Made by a program: the position numbers and the translations under genes. Positions 1-11,641 of a stretch of DNA of 64,000 nucleotides are shown here, in pieces. The DNA is from Selaginella moellendorffii (lineage: Eukaryota > Plantae > Lycopodiophyta). The DNA lies in NCBI RefSeq assembly GCF_000143415.4, contig NW_003314325.1:900086-964085 (forward strand), in the 5' to 3' direction. Under the pieces are notes generated by a model, which was not told the DNA's origin, made no database searches, and worked only from the letters and a program-made list of their open reading frames with translations. How positions within the stretch are numbered: position 1 is the first letter of the stretch; the number at the start of each line of letters is the position of its first letter.

Positions 1-827
1 GCCCAAAACGGGTAAGTTCTGGCGTTCTCCCGGCAAATGCCTCTCGATCTAATTCCGTCACATTCTTGCAGCTAATCCCGATGCAAGCTCTCGTCTTCCA
101 GGAGATTGAATTCAAGGACGCCAGCTCCTCGAAGGGATCAAGCCCAACCACATCTCCTTTTTCACGGATGGTCAAGCTCCACCTCTCGAGCTAAGACTTA
201 CCAAAATTCTTCATAAACCGATTAAACAAAACTTTATGTTGGGCAACAAATTCCTTTAGATAGCCGGCACGAACGCCTATGATGCTGATCTACCAGCATC
301 AACCATTCTCTCGTGAGCAGCTGAACCGTCAAAACGGAAGGTTGACCCTGGGCTTTTCGCATTGGGAGCTTTTCGAGCCCACAAGTATGCTGGCTGCATT
401 GTCGATATGGTATGAAGTTCGTTTCAATTTCTGAAAACCATTGGACTTCACAAACTTCTAATGCGGTGAGCGTAGATGGAACACGCGGCCTTAAGATCTT
501 CAGTCTGACGCTCTCTCAACTGGGCTATCCCCGCGTGATAATAATTATCAGCAATATTATCTGGCACATACATATCACATTACAAGTGTCATGAAATTAT
601 TGAGCGCTCTAGAGGAGTGAGATCGTAGAAATGCCACTATAGCTGATATGCTGGCTCAAAACTCACAAGGATCATAGCAAAGATTCTTCCAGCGATCGGC
701 TTTTTTGCTGAAACATGGATGTCTAGAGGTGACTCAACAGCAAACAAAAGAAAACAACAAACGTGGTAGCCGTGTAGAGGGTATAGCTCCTACACGAAAA
801 CATGGAAGAACACACAGAAACAAAGAT

Positions 828-1266
828 CTATCCCATCAGCGGCGGGGGTGCGTAGTGTGGGTTCATGTTCGCGCCTGGACCGCCATAGTCGCTGATCTCT
901 CCAAGGGGCGGGGGCGCGCCGTAGTGTGGGTTCCTATTTGCCCCTGGAGCGTCATAGTCGCTGGTATGGACCTCTCCAAGGAGCTTCCTGCCTTTGAGAG
1001 CCTGGAAGAAAGAGAGAGAACTTCTTATAACAGGAAAGGAAAAGGAAACTTAGAAGAAGATTTCTCAACCTGGCCCTGTGCAGCCGGCAAGCTTGCATCT
1101 GTAAATCCAACTCAAAACAGTGAGAAACGAGATTGTGGAGGAAGGTAACGGAGAAATGAGATCTATATGTGCTCTCTCTACCTTTGTTTCCACTAGTAGC
1201 AAAAGCGGCAGTGATGAGCAGGCATGAGAGCAGGGCTCCGAGCACAAGCTTGCGAGAAGGAGCCAT
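828..1266 (-). CDS. PSY-like sulfated-peptide precursor with two tandem DY cores (95 aa, 3 exons)
   Basis: Exons 1266-1182, 1098-1070, 1001-828, all GT-AG and phase-compatible: MAPSRKLVLGALLSCLLITAAFATSGNKDASLPAAQGQALKGRKLLGEVHTSDYDAPGANRNPHYGAPPPLGEISDYGGPGANMNPHYAPPPLMG*. Signal peptide, RKLL site, cores resemble PSY1 (DYGDPSANPKHDPGVPP). Confidence 0.85.
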
Positions 1267-1542
1267 TTCTATACTAAGAGAGCCTATAGATCCAAACCAG
1301 GAGAAAAAGAATGAGAAAAACAAAGGCCAAGCTCCCGTAGATAAAGGCCGAGGAGCACAGACTCATACAAAAGCTGGCACAGACGTCGAAGGAATGCAAG
1401 TGTTGTCCACTGAGTGGCCAAGAGTTAACGTCGATACATGGTTCCGTTAGTGCATTGGATAAAACGAGTTTTTCTATGTTAATGGGAATTAACATATTTT
1501 ATCAGGAGAGAGAGATCTCGACTAATATATAGCGATCATTAG

Positions 1543-3294
1543 ATGTTGGAAGCATCGAGCAACATCGTGGGATCGCAGCAATCCTTCTTTGCGACGCTCC
1601 TGAGCCAGTCTGGAGGCTCTGGCGATCTCGATCAAACCCGGAAGATCCACTCCCGGATAGTGGACAGCGGCTACTCCAAAGACAAGTTTCTCCTCAATCT
1701 CATCATCCAGGCTTACGGAAAATGCGGCAGTGTCGGAGATGCGCGCCGTGTCTTCTCCGCGATCGATCACCCCAATCTCTTCTCATGGAACATCATGATC
1801 CAAGCATATGCCCGAAACGGGCATCTAGATGAAGCGCGTAACCTCTTTGATCGATCTCATTCCCCCGATCCAGTCGCATGGAATGAAATGATCACTGCCT
1901 ATGCGCAGCTTGGCGAGATGGAGGAAGCCAAAATTTTGTTTGATCGAGTGCCAGAAAAGAGTGAAATCACCTGGACCGGGATGATAACAGCATATGCCAG
2001 AAACGGGCATCTGAACGAAGCCAGGACGGTGTTTGACGCAATGCCGATCGAGAAGAAAACCATAGCTTCGTGGACGGCAATGCTCCAGGGCTACACCCAA
2101 AACTCCCGGATCGATCAGGCCCTTGATTTCTTTCAGACGTTCCCGGCCCACAACGTGGTCTCCATCACCGCCATGGTGTCGGCGCTCACGAGCCACGGCC
2201 GTGGCGACGAGGCCGAGATGCTGTTCTTATTTATGCCCGCGAGGAATTTGCTCTCCTGGACTGTGATGATCCAGGCCTACTCCAAGCAGCAGCGCATCGA
2301 TCGCGTCCGCGAGCTCTTCGAGTCGATGCCCGAGAGGGATCTCATCAGCTCCACGGCGGCGCTCCAGGCATTCTCCCGCGGTGGCGATCTCGACTCGGCC
2401 AAGCGCGTGTTTGATTCCATGCCCGAGCACAACACCATGTCGTGGGGATCAATGGTGGTGGCGCTTGCGGAGCGGCGGCGGCTCGAGGAGGCGGCGCTGC
2501 TCCTGGAAGCTATGCCTGGCGAGAAGAGCGTGGTGGGAGCAACAGCGCTATTCCAGGCGTATGCCCGGGATGGGCATCTATGCGAGGCTGAGATGATCTT
2601 CCGCGAGATGGGTGATCGCGACACCATTGCCCATAATGCGATGCTCCAGGTCTACGCGCAGCACGGCCAGATGGGCGACGCCATTGCGGAGTTTCAATCC
2701 ATGGCGTGGCGAAGCTCCTCATCATGGAACGCGATGCTCTCGGCGTATGCCCAGCACGGGCATGTGGATCACGCGGCGGGTTTCTTCGCGGCTATGCCAA
2801 TCAGGAGCTCTCCTGTGGCGTGGAACGCCATGATCGCGGCGTATAGACGCAACGGCAAGGACGAGCGCGCGATTTCCTCCTTCTGGGCGATGATCCTCGA
2901 GGGGATCCCGTGCGATGCGTCGACCATCGCGAGCGTTCTTGGGAGCTGCAGTCATGCGGGGAGATTTGCCGAGGCGTGGAACTTGTTCCTGGCAATGAAG
3001 AAGGACTTTGGCGTGGATCCATCACACGAGCACTACTCGTGTGTGGCGGACGTTCTCGGGAGATCTGGACTGGTGAGAGACGCCGAGGAGCTCATCAAGA
3101 CAATGCCATTCGTTCCAGATGAGCGTGGCTGCGGTGGATTGCTCAATGCTTGTAGAGTTCATAGGGATTTGGAGAGAGGAGCAAAGGTGGCGATGAATGA
3201 GTTTAAAAGTGAGAGGAGCGAGCCTGTAAGTTACATGCTTCTTGCAAATTTGATTACTGCTAAGATACCAAGTTTGGCTTCTGATTCAAAATAG
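1543..3294 (+). CDS. PLS-class pentatricopeptide repeat protein (many short ~31-aa repeats, E-type C-terminus, no DYW)
   Basis: Intronless 583-aa ORF; repeated SWNxMIxAYAxxGH motifs; C-terminal CSHAG...HYSCVADVLGRSG...MPF...LLNACRVH. Confidence 0.93.
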   Translation: MLEASSNIVGSQQSFFATLLSQSGGSGDLDQTRKIHSRIVDSGYSKDKFLLNLIIQAYGKCGSVGDARRVFSAIDHPNLFSWNIMIQAYARNGHLDEARNLFDRSHSPDPVAWNEMITAYAQLGEMEEAKILFDRVPEKSEITWTGMITAYARNGHLNEARTVFDAMPIEKKTIASWTAMLQGYTQNSRIDQALDFFQTFPAHNVVSITAMVSALTSHGRGDEAEMLFLFMPARNLLSWTVMIQAYSKQQRIDRVRELFESMPERDLISSTAALQAFSRGGDLDSAKRVFDSMPEHNTMSWGSMVVALAERRRLEEAALLLEAMPGEKSVVGATALFQAYARDGHLCEAEMIFREMGDRDTIAHNAMLQVYAQHGQMGDAIAEFQSMAWRSSSSWNAMLSAYAQHGHVDHAAGFFAAMPIRSSPVAWNAMIAAYRRNGKDERAISSFWAMILEGIPCDASTIASVLGSCSHAGRFAEAWNLFLAMKKDFGVDPSHEHYSCVADVLGRSGLVRDAEELIKTMPFVPDERGCGGLLNACRVHRDLERGAKVAMNEFKSERSEPVSYMLLANLITAKIPSLASDSK

Positions 3295-3307
3295 CTCTTT
3301 GTTTCGT

Positions 3308-4350
3308 TTAGCTTTTGCAAGAGACTAGAACGCAACTCCAGCGATTGCCATCGTCGTGCCTACAGCAGTTTTGTCTTGTAATTCGACTTCCTAGGTAGAG
3401 ACAGACAAAGAAACTCACTTGTATCATCAATCTGATCACTGGAAAGCTTTCCAAAACAAGTATAAAAAATACGATGACTACGACTCGCTTTAGTACATTT
3501 CCTACTGCGTGTGACAAAGGTGCTACTCGTTCCAGAGTGTTGTGGCCAACCTGTTAGAAGATAAAAGAATCCCAACGAGAAAGCACAAACCTGATCAGAC
3601 AGATGATAGAAAACTCTGACCAGAACTAGATCTGCTACGAACTTGCGAATGCAACTGGGGAAGCAAGCCCGTGCTTGACAAGGCTTGGACCTTCTATCCG
3701 TAGATAAAAAGCATTGATCCACTAAAAGCTTGTGGATTAAATGAATGCTACTTGGTAGTATGCACATGTAGAGCGATCAAAGATATGTAAACGTAAAAGA
3801 TTAGTGCTGTGTTTCCTGGACAGAAAAAAAAAAACAAAGAGCTTCATCAGATATGAATATGTTAAAAAATACCATAGCCTCCTTGGAAACATTGTTTCAG
3901 TGCATTAGATGTCATGGCACGCGAGAATTGAAACCTCTGTATGCGATGCAATGCTAGAGCAACACCTGAAAGACCAAGCTTGAGAACGCAAGAAATTTAC
4001 AACTTTAGAGCATATGTTTACCAGCAACTACAGGTATCAAGCTAAGCCAGAGGGCAAAAGGAACTGATTATCCTAGAAGAAACTATGATGTAGATGGCTC
4101 CAGCGCTGCCAAAAACTTGAAAATCCTATCAATCTTCACGAACTAAAAGCAAAACCACAAAACTTTTGACCGTATGTCAAGGAAACGGCGACAGTGGAAG
4201 AGGAAATGGTCATGATGTGTTCCAGGGCGTAACAAAACGAAAGTGGCAGAAGCAATCTCATCAGTTCCTTGCTCAATGGCTGGAACCAATCAAATCAGGA
4301 ACAATGTATAGATAGTCTACGTTTTGGCATTTCAGATGCCCAGCAGCCTC
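3308..4350 (-). pseudogene. Degraded inverted partial copy of the triose-phosphate translocator gene (about exons 4-11)
   Basis: Reverse complement aligns to 19230-20400 ([16 protein letters not shown]); indels and stops; 5' exons absent. Confidence 0.85.
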
Positions 4351-6374
4351 AGTATGTAACTATAGGAAGAGCGACCCAGTTGTCAGCACTGGGTATTTGC
4401 TCGACACACCACTGGAGGAGCTAAGATCTTCTAAAGAATATGCTTCCACATCCACATTACCTGTTGTGATCCTGTTAATCCAGGGGAAGCATCTGAGACG
4501 TTATCCATTTGGGCGGTAATTTGAATATAAATGTTTTAGATGCCAACTCCTTGTGACAAGAGGTTGAGAGCAAGTATGTTAACGATATGAGACTTATATT
4601 ATTATTTGCTGAGTTGTGCTAATGTATTTTAATGTAATTTATGTTTTTTTGTATAATTTTTTATTTCTATTTGTTGGGTATATCCTTCTTTTTCCATGAG
4701 TTCTTTTAATCCTTTTTTGACTGTAATCAATATTGAAGTCTCCTGAATATCCTAAATTATTTTGTACATGTCTTTGTAATTGATTTTCAAATTATTTTAT
4801 GTTTTTGTTCTTGGTTTTCGGTGCATATTTGCAATTTATATATTCATCTTATTCTAGTTAATCTTGATGTGTTTGTATTTTTTGGATTGGTGTGTATTCT
4901 TTATAATATTATTTGCAATATACAGTGGCTGATTATGAATTGTAAAATATAATTGCAGTGTTGTACAAGCTTCTTATATGCATGATGTATTTATAGAATC
5001 TATCAAGACAAAAACCTTCAATAATCATATCCATTCAAGCACTGGACGAAGACATAACTTTCCCTATTACATTCTCTAATGACATGACTTGGTGATGGGT
5101 GGTGGCATTGGCTTTTTCTATTCATTTTAACAATATATTCTTGCCACAAATAGGGATCACTGGCACCAATATGGTGAAATTCTTGCAGCTGCCCCAGACA
5201 GATTTCAAAAAAGTATGGAATGATTTTGGTCAAAACTTCTATTTGTTCTTCTTGATTCTAAGTGGCAAGCCTTTCTTGAATTCAAGGAATTTCTTGCTAC
5301 GATGCAAGTTTTTATTTGGTTATCTACCAGCCTCTACTGGGGGCAGATCATGTCCACAAGCCTGGGGAAATGAGATTCCCAATGGAGAGTACGGTAGGAC
5401 CAACACTTCTGGCAATTATTGCAGGATTGGAGCAAGAGAGGAGTTACAAGGAATTTAACTTAAATACACTAATCAAAACCAATCATAGTAGAGACATCAC
5501 CAGTTAAATATAGGACAATTCAGATCATGTTAAGATCTACAACTTTGATTTAACTAATATCAACAATCTATATTTTACAGAGTTAAATTTAATAGGATTT
5601 AACATGAATGAGCCTATATGTTTTTAATGTAGAAGTTAAATTTTTCATGAATGAAACTCTAAATTTCAAGATGGTAGGTCTTTCCTCGTGTTCTTGCTTG
5701 GATTTGTAAAACAAGATTATGCTTATCAGGAAGAAAATATTGGAAAGAGGAGTTAGGAGAATTTAGAGTTACTTACCTTCTATGTAGTGTAAGAGATCTC
5801 CTAAGGTTTTTATGGCACAATAACATGTTTGTGGTCTTGGCTATAAGCAACAGGAAATTAAAGATTGGTCTGTAAGCAACTAAACTTTTTATTTTACTTT
5901 AATCATTTAGGGTATTTACTAGTGTTTAGATGTGTTTTCATAACCACACCAACTTCACACTTACTTTACATGTTTAGTCCCACTTCAGACACCTAAAAGT
6001 ACTATTAATGTACCAACCTTTTATGCTAAGGTTATATTTTTTTTTGTGATCTCATTGGTAATCCAAGATCACATGTATCACAATCCCATCTTTCCAAGAT
6101 TAAATCATCCATCCATGAGTGGTCATCCCATGACCACACTTTAGCATCTTTAAAATACCTTAAGATATAAGGAACACCATCCCCAATTCCTTTTTTTAAT
6201 TTCCATTAAATCCCTTTTTGTCCATAGTAATGTTCACAAATACCACCACTAGACTAAAGCCCAAAGGCCCATCCACTAAATTCTACTAACCTTTAGGACA
6301 TCTTCACTATATAACTATACCTTTATTCACTAAGGAAGAAGACCACTCCTCTTCCTTTTTATGGTCCAAAATTT

Positions 6375-6580
6375 GGTTTGAGATAGAACCCAAGATAAAG
6401 CTTGAGATGGGAGTTTAAGATCAAGTTCGAGATAAAGTCCAAAATTAGGTCCAAGATTGAGTTTGAGATTGAGTTTGACTTTGACTTTAAGTCCGAGACT
6501 GAGTTTGAGTCAATCTGAGACCAAATCTAAGACTAAATCCAAGACCCAGTCTAAGTTTGAGTTTAAGATTAATCTAAGGG
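6375..6580. repeat. Degenerate 6-bp-period tandem repeat (gtttga/gattga/gtccaa variants)
   Basis: e.g. gattga gtttga gattga gtttga ctttga ctttaa gtccga gactga gtttga. Confidence 0.65.
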
Positions 6581-6721
6581 TGAAAGCCCAAAGTAGTCTT
6601 CTCCCAAACCCTAAGAAGTTTGGCAAATCCTTGTAAGATGGAAGAAAACCACACTCACATGATGGATGATAATATAACCAGTGGGGAGTCTAATGCTAAA
6701 GTGAACATAGATGGATATATG

Positions 6722-6916
6722 TGTAACGCTCCTGAGTTTGGACTTCCCGGGAGGTCACCCAGCCCAGTACTATTCAAACCCAAGGATGCTTAACCCCAAA
6801 TATCCCAAGACCCTTAACCGATTGGAAAAGGGGGTGCACTCTTGTTCATGGGCCCTTTCCCTCTATATTTGAACCCTATGGATCGTCTCTCAAGTCGTTC
6901 CCTTTGGTTGCTTACA
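6722..6916 (-). mobile_element. Cassandra-type TRIM solo LTR containing a 5S rRNA-derived segment
   Basis: TGTAA...TTACA termini, 5-bp TSD ATATG on both sides; minus strand GGTTAAGCATCCTTGGGTTTGAATAGTACTGGGCTGGGTGACCTCCCGGGAAGTCC resembles the plant 5S A-box/C-box region; homologous to LTRs at 61397 and 61797. Confidence 0.9.
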
Positions 6917-6999
6917 ATATGAAGTGATTTGGTGGTGTTTAGCAAATATAATAAGCTATCATTGATGATATTAAGGGATTAGTTTTAATACATAAGGGT

Positions 7000-8742
7000 T
7001 CTTGTTACTAACTAGTGCAAAACATAATGAGATGAGAACTCTTTACTAGGCTAAGTATTTGTATAACATATATTCATATTCTAGATGCAAATTGGCAGAA
7101 GCTGGATCCTAGGAGCTAAAATACCATCTTCATGGGCTATCATGCTCATTCTAAGACTTACCACCTTCATGATCTTGCTCTCAAAAAGCTCATAGTTACT
7201 TAAGATGTTTCTTTCAATGAGCAAGAACTCTATCACCATATTCAAAGTGTTAACTTCCTCTAGTTCTAATGTGGTGGACTTGTCCCTCGTCTTGGATGAG
7301 GAGCTCATCCAACAAGCACAAGCAGTTCAAAGTTAGCTTGTTCCAAGAGGAGCAACACCTCCTCCACTTGGCAGTGGCATGACTTCCCCACCAACTTTGC
7401 TGCTAGTCATGATTAGAGGCTCTTCTAGCTTGCCTCCTCTAGATCCTCTCTTGACACCACCACCTCATCAAGAGATTAAGGCTGTTACACATTCAAGACA
7501 TATGAACAAGTAAATGCTCAAAGCTCTTGAGTCATTTGCTCAAGCTCTATGCATTCTACTAGGCCATGAGCTCCATTGCTAAGCCTCATGGCTACCAAGT
7601 TATTCATTCCAATCCTAATGCCTTACAGTGGCAAGTGGCTATGCATGATGAGTATGACTCATTGATCATGAATGGAACTTGGATGTTGGTCTCCCTCCTA
7701 GCAAGAAGGCAATTACAGCCAAGTGGCTCTTCAAAAAGAAATACCAAGCTGATGGTAGTGTCAAGTTGATGGAGCTCTAGGTCAAGCTCAACTGCAAGGC
7801 CCATCAAAAGACAAATGGTTTTTAGCTCATAGTAATCAACTCCCTATATTTGTGAGAAGCTATAAGCTATGAAGCATGCCTTGTAGCGCTCAATATGATC
7901 TCAACGGTGATCTTCAGGAGGAAGTACAAGTAAAGCCTAATGAGGTAGAAAACCATTAATCTTAGTGTACCATGTGTAAGTAGTAGATGAGATGCTCCTG
8001 ATTGGGATGTACAAACCTAGGAGGTTGGGTGGAGGTGTAGACTGATAAGAATCTCTACATATATCGAGATGGCCAAGGATTTCTATTCTTAGCCTTATAT
8101 GTGGATTAGCCTCCAATAAGATGTGGCTCATCAACTAGATTAAGATTTATCTCTCTGCTAAATTTGAGATGACTAATCTGGTAAGACTTATCTCTCTGCT
8201 AAATTTGAGATGACTAATCTGGGAGATTTGCACTATTGCTTCAGAATTCAAGTCTACTGAGATAGGCAACATGGAGTATTTGAGCTCTCTAAAGAGAAAT
8301 ACATCCACAACATTCTCCAAAGGTGCTTTATGCTTAATGCTAACTCAGTGGCTACTCCCATGGAAGCAGGCTCCTTTAACTCGACATCAACTCTAGATGA
8401 CACTCCCAAGGAGGAGAACACAACACTATACTGTTCAATGGTTGAGAGCCTCATCTACTTGATAGCCTTGACTAAGCTTGACCTCGCATCCAGTATGGGA
8501 GCAATCTCAAAGTTCTTGGACAACCTTCATCACCACATTGGGCTGATATGAAGTAGATCATAAGGTATGTGAGTGGTACAAGGAACTACACACTGAAATA
8601 TGTAAGAGGAAATGGAGACAACGGTCTGGTGGGATATATAGACACAAACTAGGCAAGAGATCTAGATGATAGAAGATCTACCTCAGGGTATGTCTTCATG
8701 TACAACCATAATGTGGTTAATTGGTGTTGTAAGAGGCAGCAG
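7000..8742 (+). mobile_element. Degenerate Ty1/copia pol remnant (RT and start of RNase H)
   Basis: WQVAMHDEYDSLIMNGTW, KFEMTNLG, YCSMVESLIYL...LDLASSMG, GY...DLDDRRSTSGYVF...VNWCCKRQ; stops and frameshifts. Confidence 0.9.
8141..8222 (+). repeat. 41-bp tandem duplication inside the copia RT
   Basis: taagatttatctctctgctaaatttgagatgactaatctgg repeated twice with one mismatch. Confidence 0.9.
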
Positions 8743-8749
8743 GAGGCAG

Positions 8750-9350
8750 ACAGGTCAAACAATGACAGAGTGTTCACCCCTACGAGAATCTCTCCATGTA
8801 ATGACATATCCAGTTGCTCCAGCTCCTTAAGCATGCCCAATGTTTTGGGAAGCTCACTAGTGATGTTGTTGTGTGACAAGTTGAGGTACTGAAGGCCAAT
8901 TGGAAGCTCTCCACATAAAAATTGGATGACAAGTCAAGCAATGTAGTTGTCCCAAAGAAACATTCATATCCCGTGTACTGTCCTTTGACTTGCAAGAACA
9001 AGTCACATCCACCACTTGCAGCTGTGTTATTTATCATATCTGGCAAAAATCCTTTAAATTGGATGCCTCCCAACTTAGCTGGTGAAAGTTGACGAGAATC
9101 TCACCACTGAAATTATTTCTTCTCAGACCAATTAACTCCAACAAAGTGTTGGTGCCAAATGGAAGTAATGGGAATTTCCCTCCAAAATTATTCCATGGCC
9201 AATGACAAAATCTCCAACACTTGAAACCAATGTCCATGGATATAGTTATTTCCAAGCTTTAGCTGCTCTAGCTTTGTGCAGTTTTCAAAGTGAACGTGGA
9301 ATGCTTCCAATGAGCTTGAAGTTTGAACGTGTGGTTAAGCTACACAATCA
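8750..9350 (-). pseudogene. Extracellular LRR receptor-like protein/kinase fragment
   Basis: NNFGGKFP, LRRNNFSGEI, LLDLSSNF, LSHNNITSELPKTLGMLKELEQLDMS in shifting frames; island-like LQVKGQYTGYE. Confidence 0.75.
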
Positions 9351-9604
9351 CATTTTCAACCTGGGACACCCCTGATTCAAGTGAAGTCATATCCTAAATA
9401 AAAGAGCCTATAATGTAATGTAATGTCTCTTTGTATTGCCAGTAGACAAGTATATTATGTGGGTGTTGGAGGAGCTGAGGTGGAGTCTAGTTAAGAGTCC
9501 CTGTCTGGTGCAGGCGGGCGACTGCTCTGCATATGTTTGGCTTGACTTGCTTTGCTTGGCACCACAATGAGCATTGTGGTTGAAATAATTATTAATTTAA
9601 ACCT

Positions 9605-11570
9605 TTGTTCTTAAGAGTCAAATGGTCAACTCTAAATCCAAAATGCTTCTTGGTCCAAGAGGGCATTGCCATTGACGCAGAGGAGTTTGGGGCTCTTGTG
9701 TCAAGATGTGGCAGATCCAATGCCCTGGAAGCAGGCAAGCGCTTGCACGCAGCTGCGATTCCATGGGCGCCAGGATCGATAATCTTCTCGTGGAGATGTA
9801 TGGCAAATTGCGCACGACGCCATTGCCGACAAGAACGTCTTCTCTTGGGGATCGTGGCCTAATGCTAGCAGGGATGAGAGATTTAAGGTTCTTGGGGAGA
9901 TGTGCATGGAGGGAGTGAAACCGGACAAGGTGGCGTTCCTTAGCCTGGTGAGGTCTTGCTTGACGCTGGAGCATGGCAACCTTGTTCGATCGCTCCTCGA
10001 GGAGTGTGGCCTTAGGGATTTGCAGATTGCCACAGAGCTTCTGAGGATGTATGGATCACTGCAGGAAGGCCGAGTGGCTGGAAAGGATTTCGAGAGTCTT
10101 GGACAGAAAGATCTGGTGGCCTGGAACGTGATGTCATGCCCAGTGCGGGCAATGCTAAAAAGCATTTGCAATTTACGAGAGGATGCCTTTGAAAGCGGAC
10201 AAAGTCACCTACACGACGCTTCTTTCATGCTGTGACGATCTGGGCGATGGAGAAGAGATCCATGCTTGTAGTGAGGGATGGGACCGAATGGAACGTTGCC
10301 ATGTCCACTGCATTGGTGCGCTGCTACGGTCGCTGCGGAAATCCAGAGAAAGCAGTGGCTGTGTTTGAGAATTTCTCAGGGAACAAGGACGTAGGGCTGT
10401 GGACTGCGATGATCCTCTGCGTCGCTCAGAACCAAAATATCACTGAAGCCATTCAAGTTTTCGAACAGCAAGGTTTTCGAGCAAGCAACTTTCCGCTGGT
10501 TGCTCTGCTCCAGGGATTGTCGAGCTCTTCGAAGTCTGGGTTTAGCACAAGCATGATAAACACGATCAGCTCGAGAGCCATGGAGTTTCTGTGTTCTACT
10601 GGGGGAGATGTTTCGACCACGGACGATTTAGGTGTTGCCACAGCACTGGTGAAATGCTTTGGAAGTCACAGGAGAATCAATGAAACTGAGGTGTTTGAGA
10701 GATTTTGACACTATAGGTTCGACTTGGTGCTCTGGAACGCCATGGTATGGGCTTATGCCGATCCCGAAGAAGCTCTGTTCGTGCTGAAAATGATGGATCT
10801 GGAAGGTGATAAGGATGATACGTTCACGTTCGCGACTGTTTTAACTGCGTGTGCTACCAGTTGCGAGCATGCATTGCTACAAACGAACTTTCTTCACGAT
10901 CGAGCGACCAGTTTGGGGCTTGGATCCGATCCAGTTGTGGTAGCAGCAGTTATCAACTCGTACTCCAAGTCCCAGAGGCTCGGGCTTGCGAGGAGCACTT
11001 TCGAAGGACTTGCGACGGACAAACGAGATGCAGTGGTACGCACGATCAGGTCACATCCAAGGCGCTCTGGAGATCTTCTCCAAGATGGATCATCCGGACA
11101 AGATCACAATCGCGCAGGTGCTGGATGCCTACACGGATCTGGCATGCCTCAGCCAGTGCAAGGCCGCTCATCGCGATTTCGTGTCGCCAAACCAAGAGCT
11201 CGAGTCGGAGAAAATGGTGGCCAACGCTCTTGTAAACATGTACACGAAGTGTGGAAGCCTGGAAGAGGCCAGGAGAGTTTTCGACAGGATGAGCTTGCAG
11301 TCCAGGAACATCGTCTCGTGGACTGCCATGATCTCGGCTTACGCCCAGCACGGCCGGAGCTCCGAGTCGATGGAGCTGTTCCAGAGGATGCAGCAGCAAG
11401 GAGTGGAGCCGAATCAAGTGACTTTCATCAGTATCTTGAGCTATTGCAGCCACTCGGGCTTGATCGATCAAGCAGCGTGCTGTTTCTACAGCATGGAGCA
11501 AGATCACAGCTTGGTGGCGTCCCAGATTGAATTGCTTTTGAAACTGAATGGAATCAAAGCCGCTTTCTAA
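9605..11570 (+). pseudogene. PLS-class PPR pseudogene, frameshifted, ending at the inverted subtilase block
   Basis: PPR motifs split over several frames (NLLVEMYGK, ALVNMYTKCGSLEEARRVF, SWTAMISAYAQHG); sequence switches at ~11570 to the reverse complement of 28305-28337. Confidence 0.85.
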
Positions 11571-11641
11571 GGGGCAAGTCTTATGGTTTATATTCATACC
11601 ATAGGTGATTCATTTATTTCGTCGTTTATTTTTCCACCCAG

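Noticed and set aside
1-600. Possible minus-strand coding fragment at the window edge
   Set aside because: No recognisable motif or reliable exon structure
828-1001. Repeated Tyr-containing cores as a BURP-type cyclic peptide (RiPP) precursor
   Set aside because: No BURP domain recognised in the window; DY...AN...H-Pro pattern and exon layout fit PSY better
705-1148. 147-aa plus-strand ORF with an internal repeat
   Set aside because: Antisense shadow of the PSY-like gene; the repeat is explained by the two peptide cores on the minus strand
6740-6800. 5S rRNA gene (also at 61.4 and 61.8 kb)
   Set aside because: Only the internal promoter region is 5S-like and it is embedded in TG...CA LTRs with TSDs
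9560-9580. Helitron 3' hairpin (accacaatgagcattgtggt)
   Set aside because: No CTRR terminus at the expected distance
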